A stretch of DNA of 56,043 nucleotides, filler included, from Spirochaetales bacterium (GCA_016928955.1; 3 parts of 3 records of this genome joined end to end with filler, not necessarily neighbours in it); one strand, 5' to 3'. Positions 27,420 to 36,941 are shown, numbered from the whole stretch's first letter. Numbers and translations are program-made. The notes: generated by a model from the letters alone, not told the origin.

Positions 27420-28478
27420 ATGAGCGACAGCGGTCGCACCTGGAACCTATTAGCCACCGTCCTGGTTGCCCTGGCGCTGGGCGTGTATTTCTTCCTCTTT
27501 CCGGAGCCTCTGGGCGCCGAGCTCACGCCTCTTGCCAGGTGGAGCGACGCTCTAGCCCCGGTCGCCCGTGCTCAGGATGCCCCCGTGGACGCGTTGCTCC
27601 CCTTTTCGGCTGGGCACAGGTACGGCTACTTTACCAAGGACGGCAGCTGGGCCTTTTTGGCCGATACCGAGGCCGGCGTGCAGGTCGGCGACCAGTCGTA
27701 CCTGCTGCTGGGCGCCGAGCCGTCCCTGTACGACGCGGGCGGAAGCCCGGGCACCGATATCCCCGGCTTCCCCTTCTTCAACCGTGGACGGTTATTTTCG
27801 GCGGGAGCGGACGGTGCGTCCGTGTCGGCCTTTGATCAGTTCGGGACCCTGGTGTGGACCTACGCCCTGCCTGTGCAGGTATCGGCCTTCGCGTCGTCGG
27901 AGCGCCTGGCCGTGGCTGGCACCGTGGGCGGCGTCGTCCAGGGCATAGGCATGGACGGCCGGACGGAATTCAGTTTCGCGCCGGGCGGATCGCGGCTTGA
28001 GACCATTCTGGCCCTGGACGTGTCCCCGTCCGGCGACCTGGTGGCCATGGTGTGCGGCGCGGACAGGCAGCGCCTGGTGGTGCTGGGCAAGGGCGGGTCC
28101 GATTACCGCGTGGTGTCGCACCGCTACCTGGACTCGGATTACCGCGAGCCGGTGCGGGTGGCCTTTTTGGACGGCGGCCGCTGGGTACTCTACCGCAGCG
28201 ATTCGGGGATAGGCGTATGGTCGTCGGACGGCTCGCTGGACACGGTGCTCTCGGTCAACGCCGACGATTTTTCCGTATGGTATGATGAGGAAAGCTCCCG
28301 GGCCTATGTAGCCGCCCGCCTGCCCGATTCGCTCTCGCTGGTGGCCTTTGAGCCGCCGAACAGGATTCTGGGCAGGCTGGCCCTTCCCCCGGACACCGAG
28401 TATATCAGGATGGACGGCGGGACGCTGTATTTCGGCACGCAAACCCGCCTGTCCCGCATAGATTTTGTAGAGGAGTAG
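27420..28478 (+). CDS. Membrane-anchored beta-propeller-like hypothetical protein
   Basis: N-terminal TM segment; repeated beta-rich blades (FDQFGTLVWTY, LALDVSPSGDLVA). Confidence 0.65.
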   Translation: MSDSGRTWNLLATVLVALALGVYFFLFPEPLGAELTPLARWSDALAPVARAQDAPVDALLPFSAGHRYGYFTKDGSWAFLADTEAGVQVGDQSYLLLGAEPSLYDAGGSPGTDIPGFPFFNRGRLFSAGADGASVSAFDQFGTLVWTYALPVQVSAFASSERLAVAGTVGGVVQGIGMDGRTEFSFAPGGSRLETILALDVSPSGDLVAMVCGADRQRLVVLGKGGSDYRVVSHRYLDSDYREPVRVAFLDGGRWVLYRSDSGIGVWSSDGSLDTVLSVNADDFSVWYDEESSRAYVAARLPDSLSLVAFEPPNRILGRLALPPDTEYIRMDGGTLYFGTQTRLSRIDFVEE

Positions 28479-28480
28479 GC

Positions 28481-29347
28481 ATGAGCCGCCTTCACGTGTC
28501 CAAAGCGCTTGCCGCCCGAGCGGTCCTGGCGGCCGCCTGCGTGGGGGTGGCCGCCTTCCAGTGGCCGTCCGACCAGCCCGGCTACCGCACGGGCTTTGGC
28601 TCGGCCCGCGGCGGGACCTTCAGCAAGGGCCTTGAGCTGTCCGTCAGCGACCAGATCGTGAAAGCGCCTGACGACGGCGACCTGGTCTTTGCCTGTGACG
28701 ACGGCAGGCTGCCGGGCGGTTTCCCCTTGCCCGGCGGCAGTATCGTGGCCCTGGCGCATTCGTCCGGACTCATGAGCGTGTTCACCGGCCTCCAGCCGGG
28801 CTCCCTGCCCAGGCACGCCGTCGCGCTCAAGGCCGGCGAGCCCGTGGGTGCCGCCCCGCCGGACGGGGGTCGCTCCGTGAATTTTTACGCGTACGACGCC
28901 CTCGAGCGTCGCTTTATCAACCCCCTGTCCCTGTTGCCCCGGCTGGCGGACAACAGGGCCCCCGCCATACGGTCGGTCACGCTGGTGTCAGGCTCGCAGC
29001 AGCTGGCGCTCGGACGCGACAACCGCGTCAGGCAGGGAGAGTGGGGCATCAGAGTTGACGCCGCCGACCTGTTCCCGTCCGAAGGGCCCTCGGCGCCCTT
29101 CCAGCTGGCCGTGCTGGTCAACGGGTCGGAACTGGCCAACGTGCGCTACGACGCCGCCTGGGCTGAAGACGGGGCGCTCAAGGCCTTCTCCGCCGCCCCC
29201 GTGTACATCCGCGACTACATACTGCCGGACGGCAGGGCGGGCTTTGGCCCGGTATCGCTGGTCCGGGGTACGGCCCACATCAGCGTGGTGGCGTCGGATT
29301 TTGAGGGCAACGTCCGGGAAGCCCATTACACGGTGCAGGTGTTCTGA
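28481..29347 (+). CDS. Secreted M23-peptidase-like protein (degenerate)
   Basis: FQWP...FGSARG...GLEL...VKAPDDGDLVF, GSIVALAHSSGLMSVF, FINPLSLLP. The HxxxD and HxH zinc motifs are absent. Confidence 0.55.
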   Translation: MSRLHVSKALAARAVLAAACVGVAAFQWPSDQPGYRTGFGSARGGTFSKGLELSVSDQIVKAPDDGDLVFACDDGRLPGGFPLPGGSIVALAHSSGLMSVFTGLQPGSLPRHAVALKAGEPVGAAPPDGGRSVNFYAYDALERRFINPLSLLPRLADNRAPAIRSVTLVSGSQQLALGRDNRVRQGEWGIRVDAADLFPSEGPSAPFQLAVLVNGSELANVRYDAAWAEDGALKAFSAAPVYIRDYILPDGRAGFGPVSLVRGTAHISVVASDFEGNVREAHYTVQVF

Positions 29348-29348
29348 G

Positions 29349-30197
29349 GTGGCCGAACTCAGGACCTTTGCCACGGCGCCCAAAGCCGGGGAGCCGGCCG
29401 TGTCGCGGCCTTGTCCGCTCTGCTCGTCCCGGGCTGTCGGCAAGCGCTGGCTAGCCCAGGGCGTGGAATTCCTCCGGTGCGCGTCCTGCGGGCTGTGGCG
29501 GCAGGACCCCCAGCCCGAACCTTCGGCCGTGGCCGCCCGCTATGACCACAGCTACCTGGCCTACGAGACGGCGCGCCATCTGGAGTACAGGAGCATAGCC
29601 CTCAAGAGCCTGGCTGAGGCCGGACTGGAGCCGGGGCGTCGGCCAGATGGCGGGTCATCCATACTGGAAATAGGCTGTGCCACGGGAGCCCTTCTGTCCG
29701 TGTTCAAGGACCGCGGCTGGTCATGCGCAGGCGTCGAGCTCAGCCCCGAGCTGGCAAGCTACGCTCGCTCAACCTTTGGCCTGGATGTCCAAGCGTGCAG
29801 GCTGGAAGAGGCCCGCCTTGACGCGCTATCCTTTGACGTGGTGATGGCCCTCCACCTGATCGAGCACGTGAACGATCCCCGGGCCTTTCTTGCCGCCGCG
29901 CGAAGGGCTGTAAAACCCGGGGGGCGGCTGTATCTCATCACGCCAAACGCGGACGGTTTCCAGGCCTGGCTCAAGGGGCAGGAATGGCGCAGCGCCATCA
30001 GGGATCACCTGTACCTGTTTTCCGCACGTACCCTGGGCGCTATGCTCAAGGCGGAGGGATTCCGGGTGGAGAGCGCCCGTACCTGGGGCGGGTGGCCGGC
30101 TGGCATGCGGCCACGGTGGCTCAAAAAGCCGATGGACGCGGCGGTCAAGCGTCTGGGCCTGGGGGACGTGATGGTCCTGCGGGCCAGGCCGGCCTGA
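29349..30197 (+). CDS. Class I SAM-dependent methyltransferase with N-terminal Cys pairs
   Basis: CPLC...CASC, ILEIGCATG, FDVVMALHLIEHV, ITPN, HLYLFS. GTG start lies after the upstream stop. Confidence 0.85.
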   Translation: MAELRTFATAPKAGEPAVSRPCPLCSSRAVGKRWLAQGVEFLRCASCGLWRQDPQPEPSAVAARYDHSYLAYETARHLEYRSIALKSLAEAGLEPGRRPDGGSSILEIGCATGALLSVFKDRGWSCAGVELSPELASYARSTFGLDVQACRLEEARLDALSFDVVMALHLIEHVNDPRAFLAAARRAVKPGGRLYLITPNADGFQAWLKGQEWRSAIRDHLYLFSARTLGAMLKAEGFRVESARTWGGWPAGMRPRWLKKPMDAAVKRLGLGDVMVLRARPA

Positions 30198-30213
30198 TAC
30201 GGAAGGATAGGCG

Positions 30214-32091
30214 ATGGAGACAACGCAGAAAGTACTCTTTGTGGACGCGACCACCGGGTTTTACCGCGTGCGCCGCTATCCCCTGGGGCAGTATTTTGGG
30301 CCAGTCGACCTTGGCCTCCACCTGGCCGGCATACACAGGAGCCTGAACATAGGCGTGGGCATTTTTGCCGGCTCCATCCTTCCCGGATCCAACCGCCTGA
30401 TCGTCAACGGTTTTTCCCCGTGCTGGCGCGGGTTCTATGTGTCCAGCATGGGCGGGGCTGGCCTTGAGTTCGACAATCTGGGCATCAACATGGTGGCCCT
30501 GGTGGGCAAGGCACCCACGCCGTCCATCCTGTACCTGAACCGAGAGCATGGCGAGGAAATCGAGGTCGAGATACAGCCGGTGGACGCGCGCCAGGTATGG
30601 GCCGGCGGACGCCTAGGCGCATACGCCATGATGGACGAGGCCCTGCGCGTGTTCGGGCCGCGCTACTCCGGCGGGCACCGGGCTTTGGCGGTCGGCCCGG
30701 CGGCCCTGGCCACCGATTTTGGCGGCATAGTATCCGCCGCGCTCAAGGACGGCAAGGCCAGCAACGTGGATACCTGGGCCGGCAGGGGCGGGCTCGGATC
30801 CAAGATGCTGTCCGAGCACGGCATAGCGGCCGTGGTGTACGGCGGCACGGTTTCGGACGAGGATTTCCGCGATCGCAGCGTGGCCGACGCCTGGTTTGAG
30901 GCCAAGTACCGCCAGAAACTCGCCGTCAAGGATTTTGAGGCGACTACCAAGTACCGCTTTGACCCCAAGTTCCAGACAGGCGGCACCTTTGGGGTGAACT
31001 ACGCCACGGTCGGCGGCCGGCTCCTGGCCTTCAACTACCGCAGCCTGGGCTGGACCGAGGACCAGCGGCTCGCGGCGCACAAAGGCCTGGTGCTTGATCA
31101 CTACCTCAAGCAGTTTAACGAGGAAACCATAGCCACCAAGAGCCAGGCCACCTGCGGGGAGCCCTGCTCGGCCGTATGCAAGAAGCTCCATGGCGAATAC
31201 AAGAAGGATTACGAGCCGTACCAGACGCTCGGTCCGTTATGCGGCATCTTTGACCAGCGCGCGGCCGAGCTCCTCAACCGCGCCTCCGACGCCGCCGGCT
31301 TTGACGCCATATCAGGAGGTGGCGTGCTGGCCTGGCTCATGGACTGTCTGGACTCGGGCGAACTGAGCGCGGATGAGCTGGGCGTCAGCCGGAAGCCGCG
31401 ATGGGACATGGACGGCTTTGATGTGGTGGCCGATTCCATGCACAACGCCGAGCTGGGCGTTGAGTTGGTCCAGTCGATCCTGGAGCGTCGCGGGATAGTG
31501 GATTTCAGGGAGGGCGCCAGGAAGTGGGCGCGCAGGGTCAGGCGCGACAAGGGCGTACGCATACTGGACCGGTTTGTGTACACGGCCAACGGGCGCAAGG
31601 GCTGGATGGTGCCCAACCAGTACTGGACCCCCGGTGCCCTGGCCCCCATGGCCATCATGGGCAAGTACTATATGCACTACGGCCCCGAGTTCCTGCCGCC
31701 CCGGGCCCTGGGCCGCGCGTGCGCCGAGCGGCTCAAAAAGGAACTTCTCATGGACAATGCCGGAATATGCCGTTTCCACCGCGGCTGGGCAGAGGACTAC
31801 GCGCCGGAAGCCTTCCAGCAGCTGTACGGGTTGGGCGACGAGTACGTGAACGCGGTGTCCGTGGCTGCCAGCAGGATCAACAGCCGCAACGCGGGCGTGT
31901 TCTGGGAAAGCGAGCGGAACCTGGCCTTTGTGCGCTCCTTCATGGCCAGGGTGCGGGACGTGGAAAAGAAGGACGACCCGGAACTGGCCAGCTGGCTGGA
32001 CGCCTTTGACCGCGACCAGAACGAGGCGGCCCTGAATTTCTGGTTCGAGGCCCGCAAGGGCATAGACGAGTCGCTGAGGGACTTCCTGTGA
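30214..32091 (+). CDS. W/Mo aldehyde:ferredoxin oxidoreductase family protein, GAPOR-like
   Basis: AGRGGLGSKM, TCGEPCSAVCKK..KKDYEPY..LGP, DAAGFDAI, MVPNQYWTPG..PM.IMGKYY, DNAGICRFHR. Confidence 0.85.
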   Translation: METTQKVLFVDATTGFYRVRRYPLGQYFGPVDLGLHLAGIHRSLNIGVGIFAGSILPGSNRLIVNGFSPCWRGFYVSSMGGAGLEFDNLGINMVALVGKAPTPSILYLNREHGEEIEVEIQPVDARQVWAGGRLGAYAMMDEALRVFGPRYSGGHRALAVGPAALATDFGGIVSAALKDGKASNVDTWAGRGGLGSKMLSEHGIAAVVYGGTVSDEDFRDRSVADAWFEAKYRQKLAVKDFEATTKYRFDPKFQTGGTFGVNYATVGGRLLAFNYRSLGWTEDQRLAAHKGLVLDHYLKQFNEETIATKSQATCGEPCSAVCKKLHGEYKKDYEPYQTLGPLCGIFDQRAAELLNRASDAAGFDAISGGGVLAWLMDCLDSGELSADELGVSRKPRWDMDGFDVVADSMHNAELGVELVQSILERRGIVDFREGARKWARRVRRDKGVRILDRFVYTANGRKGWMVPNQYWTPGALAPMAIMGKYYMHYGPEFLPPRALGRACAERLKKELLMDNAGICRFHRGWAEDYAPEAFQQLYGLGDEYVNAVSVAASRINSRNAGVFWESERNLAFVRSFMARVRDVEKKDDPELASWLDAFDRDQNEAALNFWFEARKGIDESLRDFL

Positions 32092-32840
32092 GCCCCGATG
32101 AGGAAGCTGAAGGCGCCCAGGCCCTGTCGCCGGAGTACGCCAAGGCCGTATCCCAGGCCGTGGCCGCCGTGCGCGAGCGCATGGCCCACGCGTGCAAGGC
32201 GTCCGGTCGAGGGCCGGAGGCGGTACAGCTCTTGGCCGTGACCAAATTCAACCCGCCGGAAGCTGTCCTGGCCGCCTACGCGGCTGGCGTGCGGCTGTTC
32301 GGTGAGAACCGCGTGCAGGAAGCCGAATCCAAGCTGGCCGCGCTGGGCGGCCGGGTGCCGGACGCGCGCTTCCACCTCCTTGGGCACCTGCAATCCAACA
32401 AGGCGCGCAAGGCCGTGACCCTGTTCGGCTGCGTGCAGTCCGTCGACTCGATCGACATTGTGCGAGAGCTCGGCAAGCGGGCCGCCTCCGAGGGCCGTGT
32501 GCTGGACGTGCTTATGGAACTGCATACGGGCGAGGAATCCAAAACGGGCTTTTCAGATACCGACAGTTTCCTTGCGGCCCTCGAGGAGGCCCTGGGCGCG
32601 GGCTCGCTCAGGCCCCGGGGCGTCATGACCATGGCCCCCTACACGGACGACGAAAAAGCCATACGCTCGTCGTTCCGGGCGTGCCGGGCGGCCTTCGAGC
32701 TGGCCAAGGCCCGCCTGGAACCGCCTGCCTGGGACACCCTGTCCATGGGCATGACGAACGACTATACGCTGGCCATAGAGGAGGGTGCCACGATGGTACG
32801 CATAGGCACGGCCGTATTCGGCCAAAGGCGGCCGCTGTGA
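32088..32840 (+). CDS. yggS: PLP homeostasis protein YggS/PROSC
   Basis: LLAVTK, FGENRVQE, GHLQSNKA, GVMTMAP, LSMGMTNDY..AIEEGATMVRIGT. Confidence 0.95.
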   Translation: MSPDEEAEGAQALSPEYAKAVSQAVAAVRERMAHACKASGRGPEAVQLLAVTKFNPPEAVLAAYAAGVRLFGENRVQEAESKLAALGGRVPDARFHLLGHLQSNKARKAVTLFGCVQSVDSIDIVRELGKRAASEGRVLDVLMELHTGEESKTGFSDTDSFLAALEEALGAGSLRPRGVMTMAPYTDDEKAIRSSFRACRAAFELAKARLEPPAWDTLSMGMTNDYTLAIEEGATMVRIGTAVFGQRRPL

Positions 32841-33226
32841 GAGCCTTTCGGACCGCCCTCCTCTTGGCTCTCATGCTCCTTGCGCTGACCGCGGGGGCGG
32901 CCGCGCAGACAGCGTCGCCCAATCCCCTGCCGGAACCCTATTCGGCCGACGAGTTTCCGGACTGGGCCGTGTCGCTCAGGCGCTGGGAGATCATCAGCCT
33001 GGGCGCCTTTCCCATCGTGCTCTTCTACACCAAGTTCGTGTTCGACTTTACCCGCTACGCCGGCTCGGGCTTTAACGCGTACTACGCCCCCTGGCCGTTC
33101 AAGAACGAGTACACGTACAAGCCGACCAACGGGGAGCAGGCGGTGATGTTCCTGACAGCGGCTGGCCTGTCCGCCGCTTTTGGCATCCTGGACGCCGTGT
33201 TGCTCGCCTCCGATGGCGGCTCCTGA
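32837..33226 (+). CDS. Hypothetical membrane protein
   Basis: GTG overlapping the yggS stop; signal peptide, PEPYSADEFPDW..LRRWEIISLGAFP, two hydrophobic segments. Confidence 0.7.
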   Translation: MRAFRTALLLALMLLALTAGAAAQTASPNPLPEPYSADEFPDWAVSLRRWEIISLGAFPIVLFYTKFVFDFTRYAGSGFNAYYAPWPFKNEYTYKPTNGEQAVMFLTAAGLSAAFGILDAVLLASDGGS

Positions 33227-33240
33227 GGCGGGGGCGCGGG

Positions 33241-33269
33241 TTGACAGGGCGCGTGCGCGATACTAGTAT
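33241..33269 (+). promoter_or_regulatory. Sigma70-type promoter
   Basis: TTGACA-N17-TAGTAT, 9 nt before GTG 33279. Confidence 0.6.
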
Positions 33270-33278
33270 CGAATTGCC

Positions 33279-33662
33279 GTGAACGACAAAAAGAAAAAGC
33301 TGTTGGTTGTCTACGAGGACGGCCAGGCTGATTTGGAAAGAACCGCCAAGGCCATCAAGGCCGGTGTCTCCAAGCACGCGTCTGTCAAGCTCAGACTCGC
33401 GTCCGAGGTGGCCATACCCGAGATCCTGGCAGCCGACGCGTACGCATTCGGCGTGGACGGGGCCAACACGGGGCCGTGGGCGGAACTGACCCGGGCCATG
33501 TCAGGCATGAATCTGGCCGGCCGCAGGGCCGCCTTCTTTACCCTGGGCGGAGCCAGCCCCAACCTGCGGGCGGCCATGTCAGACGCCGAACTCAGCATCA
33601 TGGCGCCGGACCTGGTGCCAGGCGCTGACCCCGTTGCCTGGGCGGAATTGCTGCTCGAATAG
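33279..33662 (+). CDS. Flavodoxin-like protein
   Basis: LLVVYE...TAKAIKAG, ILAADAYAFG, NLAGRRAAFF; the FMN loop is degenerate. Confidence 0.6.
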   Translation: MNDKKKKLLVVYEDGQADLERTAKAIKAGVSKHASVKLRLASEVAIPEILAADAYAFGVDGANTGPWAELTRAMSGMNLAGRRAAFFTLGGASPNLRAAMSDAELSIMAPDLVPGADPVAWAELLLE

Positions 33663-33738
33663 ACCCGCCGGCCACGGCCGGATTTTGCCCGGACGCTTCG
33701 TGCCCGGGTTCACTCTCCCCCAATAGTATGAGGTGTGT

Positions 33739-34272
33739 ATGCCAGACGGTTTCAACCTGGACGACGCTATCCGCAAAGTGCCCGATTTCCCCAAGCCCGG
33801 GATCCTGTTTTACGACATTACCAGCGTCCTCACCAACCCAGACGCCTTCAAGTACTGCATTGACGCCATGGTCAAGCTGTACAAAGGCCGGGACATAGAC
33901 GCGGTCGCGGCCGTTGAGTCGCGGGGCTTCCTGTTCGCCGCGCCCTTTGCCGAGCGCCTGGGCCTGCCCCTGATTCTTGTGCGCAAGAAGGGCAAGCTGC
34001 CGGGCAAGACACGCAGCCGGAGTTATGCCTTGGAATACGGCGAGGCCGAGATAGAAATGCACGAGGCGGACATCCCCGCGGGTGGCAAGGTGCTCATCGT
34101 GGACGACCTCATAGCCACGGGCGGGACCCTCAAGGCGGCCGCCGAACTGCTCAGGGAGGGTGGGGCCGAACCGGTGGGAGTGTTCGCCGTCATAGGGCTC
34201 CCGTTCCTGGACTACGCATCCGTCCTGGGCGACATGGACGTTACCACGCTGATTGAGTATTTCGGCGAGTGA
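33739..34272 (+). CDS. apt: Adenine phosphoribosyltransferase
   Basis: PDFPKPGILFYDIT, ESRGF, RKKGKLP, YALEYG, VDDLIATGGT. Confidence 0.97.
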   Translation: MPDGFNLDDAIRKVPDFPKPGILFYDITSVLTNPDAFKYCIDAMVKLYKGRDIDAVAAVESRGFLFAAPFAERLGLPLILVRKKGKLPGKTRSRSYALEYGEAEIEMHEADIPAGGKVLIVDDLIATGGTLKAAAELLREGGAEPVGVFAVIGLPFLDYASVLGDMDVTTLIEYFGE

Positions 34273-34327
34273 CGCCGGGTTTGGCGCGGGGCCTGCCCGC
34301 GCCGTTCGTTTTTTAGGAGATAGTGAT

Positions 34328-35986
34328 ATGGACGCTTTAAAGAAGAATCCGGCCTGGAAGGGCCGACGAGGTCCTGTCGTCCTCGTCGTCATGGACGGCG
34401 TTGGCTACGGCACCTATACGGAAGGCGACGCGGTGGCGGACGCCATGCTGGTCAATTTCCGCGCGCTTCTGGCTGTCTGCCCCGCCACCAAGCTCAAGGC
34501 CCACGGCACGGCGGTGGGCCTGCCTTCCGACGACGACATGGGCAACAGCGAGGTGGGCCACAACGCCATAGGCTGCGGCCGGGTGTTTGCCCAGGGAGCC
34601 AAGCTGGTGTCGTCGTCCATAGAGAGCGGGGCCATGTTCGCGGGCGACACCTGGAAGCGCCTGGTGGCCAACGTGAAGGCAGCAGAGGGCCGGACCCTGC
34701 ACTTTATCGGCCTCTTTTCAGACGGCAATGTCCACAGCCACCTGGACCACCTCAAGGCCATGCTGGCCGCGGCCCGGGAGGCGGGCGTACGCCGCGCGCG
34801 CGTCCACGCCCTCCTTGACGGCCGCGACGTGGGCGAACAGAGCGCCCTGGACTATATAGAGCCCTTTGAGGCTTTTCTGGCCGGCCTCTCCGCGGGCGGC
34901 TATGACTACCGCATAGCGTCAGGCGGCGGACGCCAGTACATAACCATGGACCGCTACGGCGCCGACTGGAGCATGGTAGAGCGCGGATGGAACACGCACG
35001 TGCACGGCATGGGGCGCCGCTTCAAGAGCGCGGCCGAGGCCGTCCGCGCCTACCGCGCCGAGCGGCCCGGCCTCATAGACCAGGACATGGGCGAGTTTGT
35101 GGTGGCCGACGACTCGGGCCCCATTGGCCCGGTCCACGACGGCGACTCGGTCATATACTTCAACTTCCGCGGCGACCGCGCCCTGGAAATCACGGCGGCC
35201 TTCGAGAGCGACCAGTTTGACAAGTTCGACCGCGGCCACAGGCCCGCGGTGGAGTACGCCGGCATGATGGAATACGACGGCGACCTCCATGTGCCCGCCC
35301 AGTACCTGGTCGCCCCTCCGTCCATAGACCGCACCCTGGGCGAATACCTGGCCGCCTCCGGCGTGCCCATGCTGGCCATATCTGAAACCCAGAAATTCGG
35401 CCACGTCACCTATTTCTACAACGGCAACCGCACGGGCAAGTTCGACGAGCGGCTCGAGGACTATGTTGAGATCCGGAGCGACGTGGTGCCCTTCGAACAG
35501 CGGCCGTGGATGAAGTGCGCCGAGATCACGGACGCCATCCTGGCTGCCATAGACGGCGGACGCTACCGCTTCATCAGGGTCAACTACCCGAACGGCGACA
35601 TGGTCGGGCACACGGGCAACTACCAGGCCGTGGTGTGCGGCCTTGAAGCCATGGACATACAGCTTGGCCGCCTGCGCAAGGCCGTTGAGAAGGCCGGCGG
35701 CATCCTGGTGCTGACGGCAGATCACGGCAACTCGGACGACATGTACGAGCACGACAAGAAGACCGGCGCCGTGTCGCGCAAGGCCGACGGGTCGCCCAGG
35801 GCCAAAACCAGCCACAGCCTCAATCCCGTGCCCTGTGTTATATACGACCCCGAGTCCGCGGGCGAGTACGCTCAGGAGCTCAGGACGGGCCTGGGCATCA
35901 GTTCCCTGGCGGCTACCTGCGCTGAGCTTCTGGGCTTTGCGCCGCCGGACGACTATGACCCCTCGGTGCTGGCCATGAAGGAGTGA
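34328..35986 (+). CDS. gpmI: 2,3-bisphosphoglycerate-independent phosphoglycerate mutase
   Basis: VMDGVG, MGNSEVGH, SDGNVHS, DGRD, FNFRGDR, ETQKFGHVTYF, NGDMVGHTG, TADHGN. Confidence 0.97.
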   Translation: MDALKKNPAWKGRRGPVVLVVMDGVGYGTYTEGDAVADAMLVNFRALLAVCPATKLKAHGTAVGLPSDDDMGNSEVGHNAIGCGRVFAQGAKLVSSSIESGAMFAGDTWKRLVANVKAAEGRTLHFIGLFSDGNVHSHLDHLKAMLAAAREAGVRRARVHALLDGRDVGEQSALDYIEPFEAFLAGLSAGGYDYRIASGGGRQYITMDRYGADWSMVERGWNTHVHGMGRRFKSAAEAVRAYRAERPGLIDQDMGEFVVADDSGPIGPVHDGDSVIYFNFRGDRALEITAAFESDQFDKFDRGHRPAVEYAGMMEYDGDLHVPAQYLVAPPSIDRTLGEYLAASGVPMLAISETQKFGHVTYFYNGNRTGKFDERLEDYVEIRSDVVPFEQRPWMKCAEITDAILAAIDGGRYRFIRVNYPNGDMVGHTGNYQAVVCGLEAMDIQLGRLRKAVEKAGGILVLTADHGNSDDMYEHDKKTGAVSRKADGSPRAKTSHSLNPVPCVIYDPESAGEYAQELRTGLGISSLAATCAELLGFAPPDDYDPSVLAMKE

Positions 35987-35990
35987 GCCC

Positions 35991-36530
35991 ATGCTCGAGA
36001 TCGAGCTTAAAGCACGGCTGCGGGATCCCGCGGCCGTTGAGGAAAGGCTCCGCGCGTTCGCTCGATTTGTCCGCGCCTTTGACAAGCTCGATTCGTACTG
36101 GCACGGGCCGGATTGGCGTTTTGCCCGGGGCACCAAAGGCTTCCGCGTCCGCTCGGACGGGGACGCGAGTGTGGTCACCTTCAAGGTAAAGCGCAACGAG
36201 GCCGGCATAGAGATCAACCGGGAGACCGAGTTCGAGGTGAGCGACCAGGCGGCCTTCGTCGCCTTGATAGAGCGCATCGGCTGCGAGCCGTTCTACCGTA
36301 AGCGGAAGACAGGCACCCTGTACGAGCACGACGGCTTTTCCATAGAACTGGTAGAGGTGGCCGGCCTTGGCCACTTCCTGGAAATAGAAAAACTTCTGGA
36401 TTCCGACGACCCGGCGCTCATGGCCATAACCATGGGCGGGCTCAAGGCCGTGTTGGCCAAGGCGGGCGTGCCCGAATCGGACATCGAAGGCCGCAGTTAC
36501 TCCGAGCTTATCCTTGGGGGCTCGTTGTAG
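35991..36530 (+). CDS. cyaB: CYTH-domain class IV adenylate cyclase-like protein
   Basis: EIELKA (ExExK), FRVR..VTFK, NRETEF, LGHFLEIE, SYSEL. Confidence 0.8.
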   Translation: MLEIELKARLRDPAAVEERLRAFARFVRAFDKLDSYWHGPDWRFARGTKGFRVRSDGDASVVTFKVKRNEAGIEINRETEFEVSDQAAFVALIERIGCEPFYRKRKTGTLYEHDGFSIELVEVAGLGHFLEIEKLLDSDDPALMAITMGGLKAVLAKAGVPESDIEGRSYSELILGGSL

Positions 36531-36592
36531 GGATCGCGCGCAACGCCGCCCTTGCCTTTCAGCCCCGCTTCGTGCTACTGTCCACCCGCCCT

Positions 36593-36666
36593 GGGCGCTT
36601 GGCTCAGCTGGTCAGAGCGCCTGGTTTACACCCAGGATGTCGGGGGTTCAAATCCCTCAGCGCCCA
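36593..36666 (+). tRNA. tRNA-Val(TAC)
   Basis: GGGCGCT/AGCGCCC acceptor stem, GCTCAGCTGGTCAGAGC D-arm, CCTGG-TTTACAC-CCAGG anticodon arm, GGTTCAAATCC T-arm. Upstream promoter TTGCCT-N18-TACTGT. Confidence 0.97.
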
Positions 36667-36667
36667 A

Positions 36668-36701
36668 AGAAAAGCTCGCCTTAAAAGGCGAGCTTTTCTA
36701 T
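36668..36701 (+). terminator. Intrinsic terminator after tRNA-Val
   Basis: AGAAAAGCTCGCC-TTAAAA-GGCGAGCTTTTCT. Confidence 0.85.
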
Positions 36702-36735
36702 TGGTAGGGCGCTCTAGGGATTTGAACCGAGTGAG

Positions 36736-36835
36736 NNNNNNNNNNNNNNNNNNNNNNNNNNNNNNNNNNNNNNNNNNNNTTAATTAATTAANNNNNNNNN
36801 NNNNNNNNNNNNNNNNNNNNNNNNNNNNNNNNNNN
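36736..36835. other. Assembly gap / artificial contig linker
   Basis: N run with TTAATTAATTAA at 36780-36791. Confidence 0.97.
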
Positions 36836-36861
36836 CCATCACCTCCGACCGAAGCGCTTCC

Positions 36862-36909
36862 AAAAGAAAACCGCGAAGTCATGCTCTTGCACAACTTCGC
36901 GGTCTTTTT
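36862..36909 (-). terminator. Terminator hairpin downstream of tRNA-Cys
   Basis: ACCGCGAAGT...ACTTCGCGGT stem with A-rich and T-rich flanks. Confidence 0.65.
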
Positions 36910-36941
36910 CAGTGGCCCCGTTTAAACTGGAGCGTTTTTTT

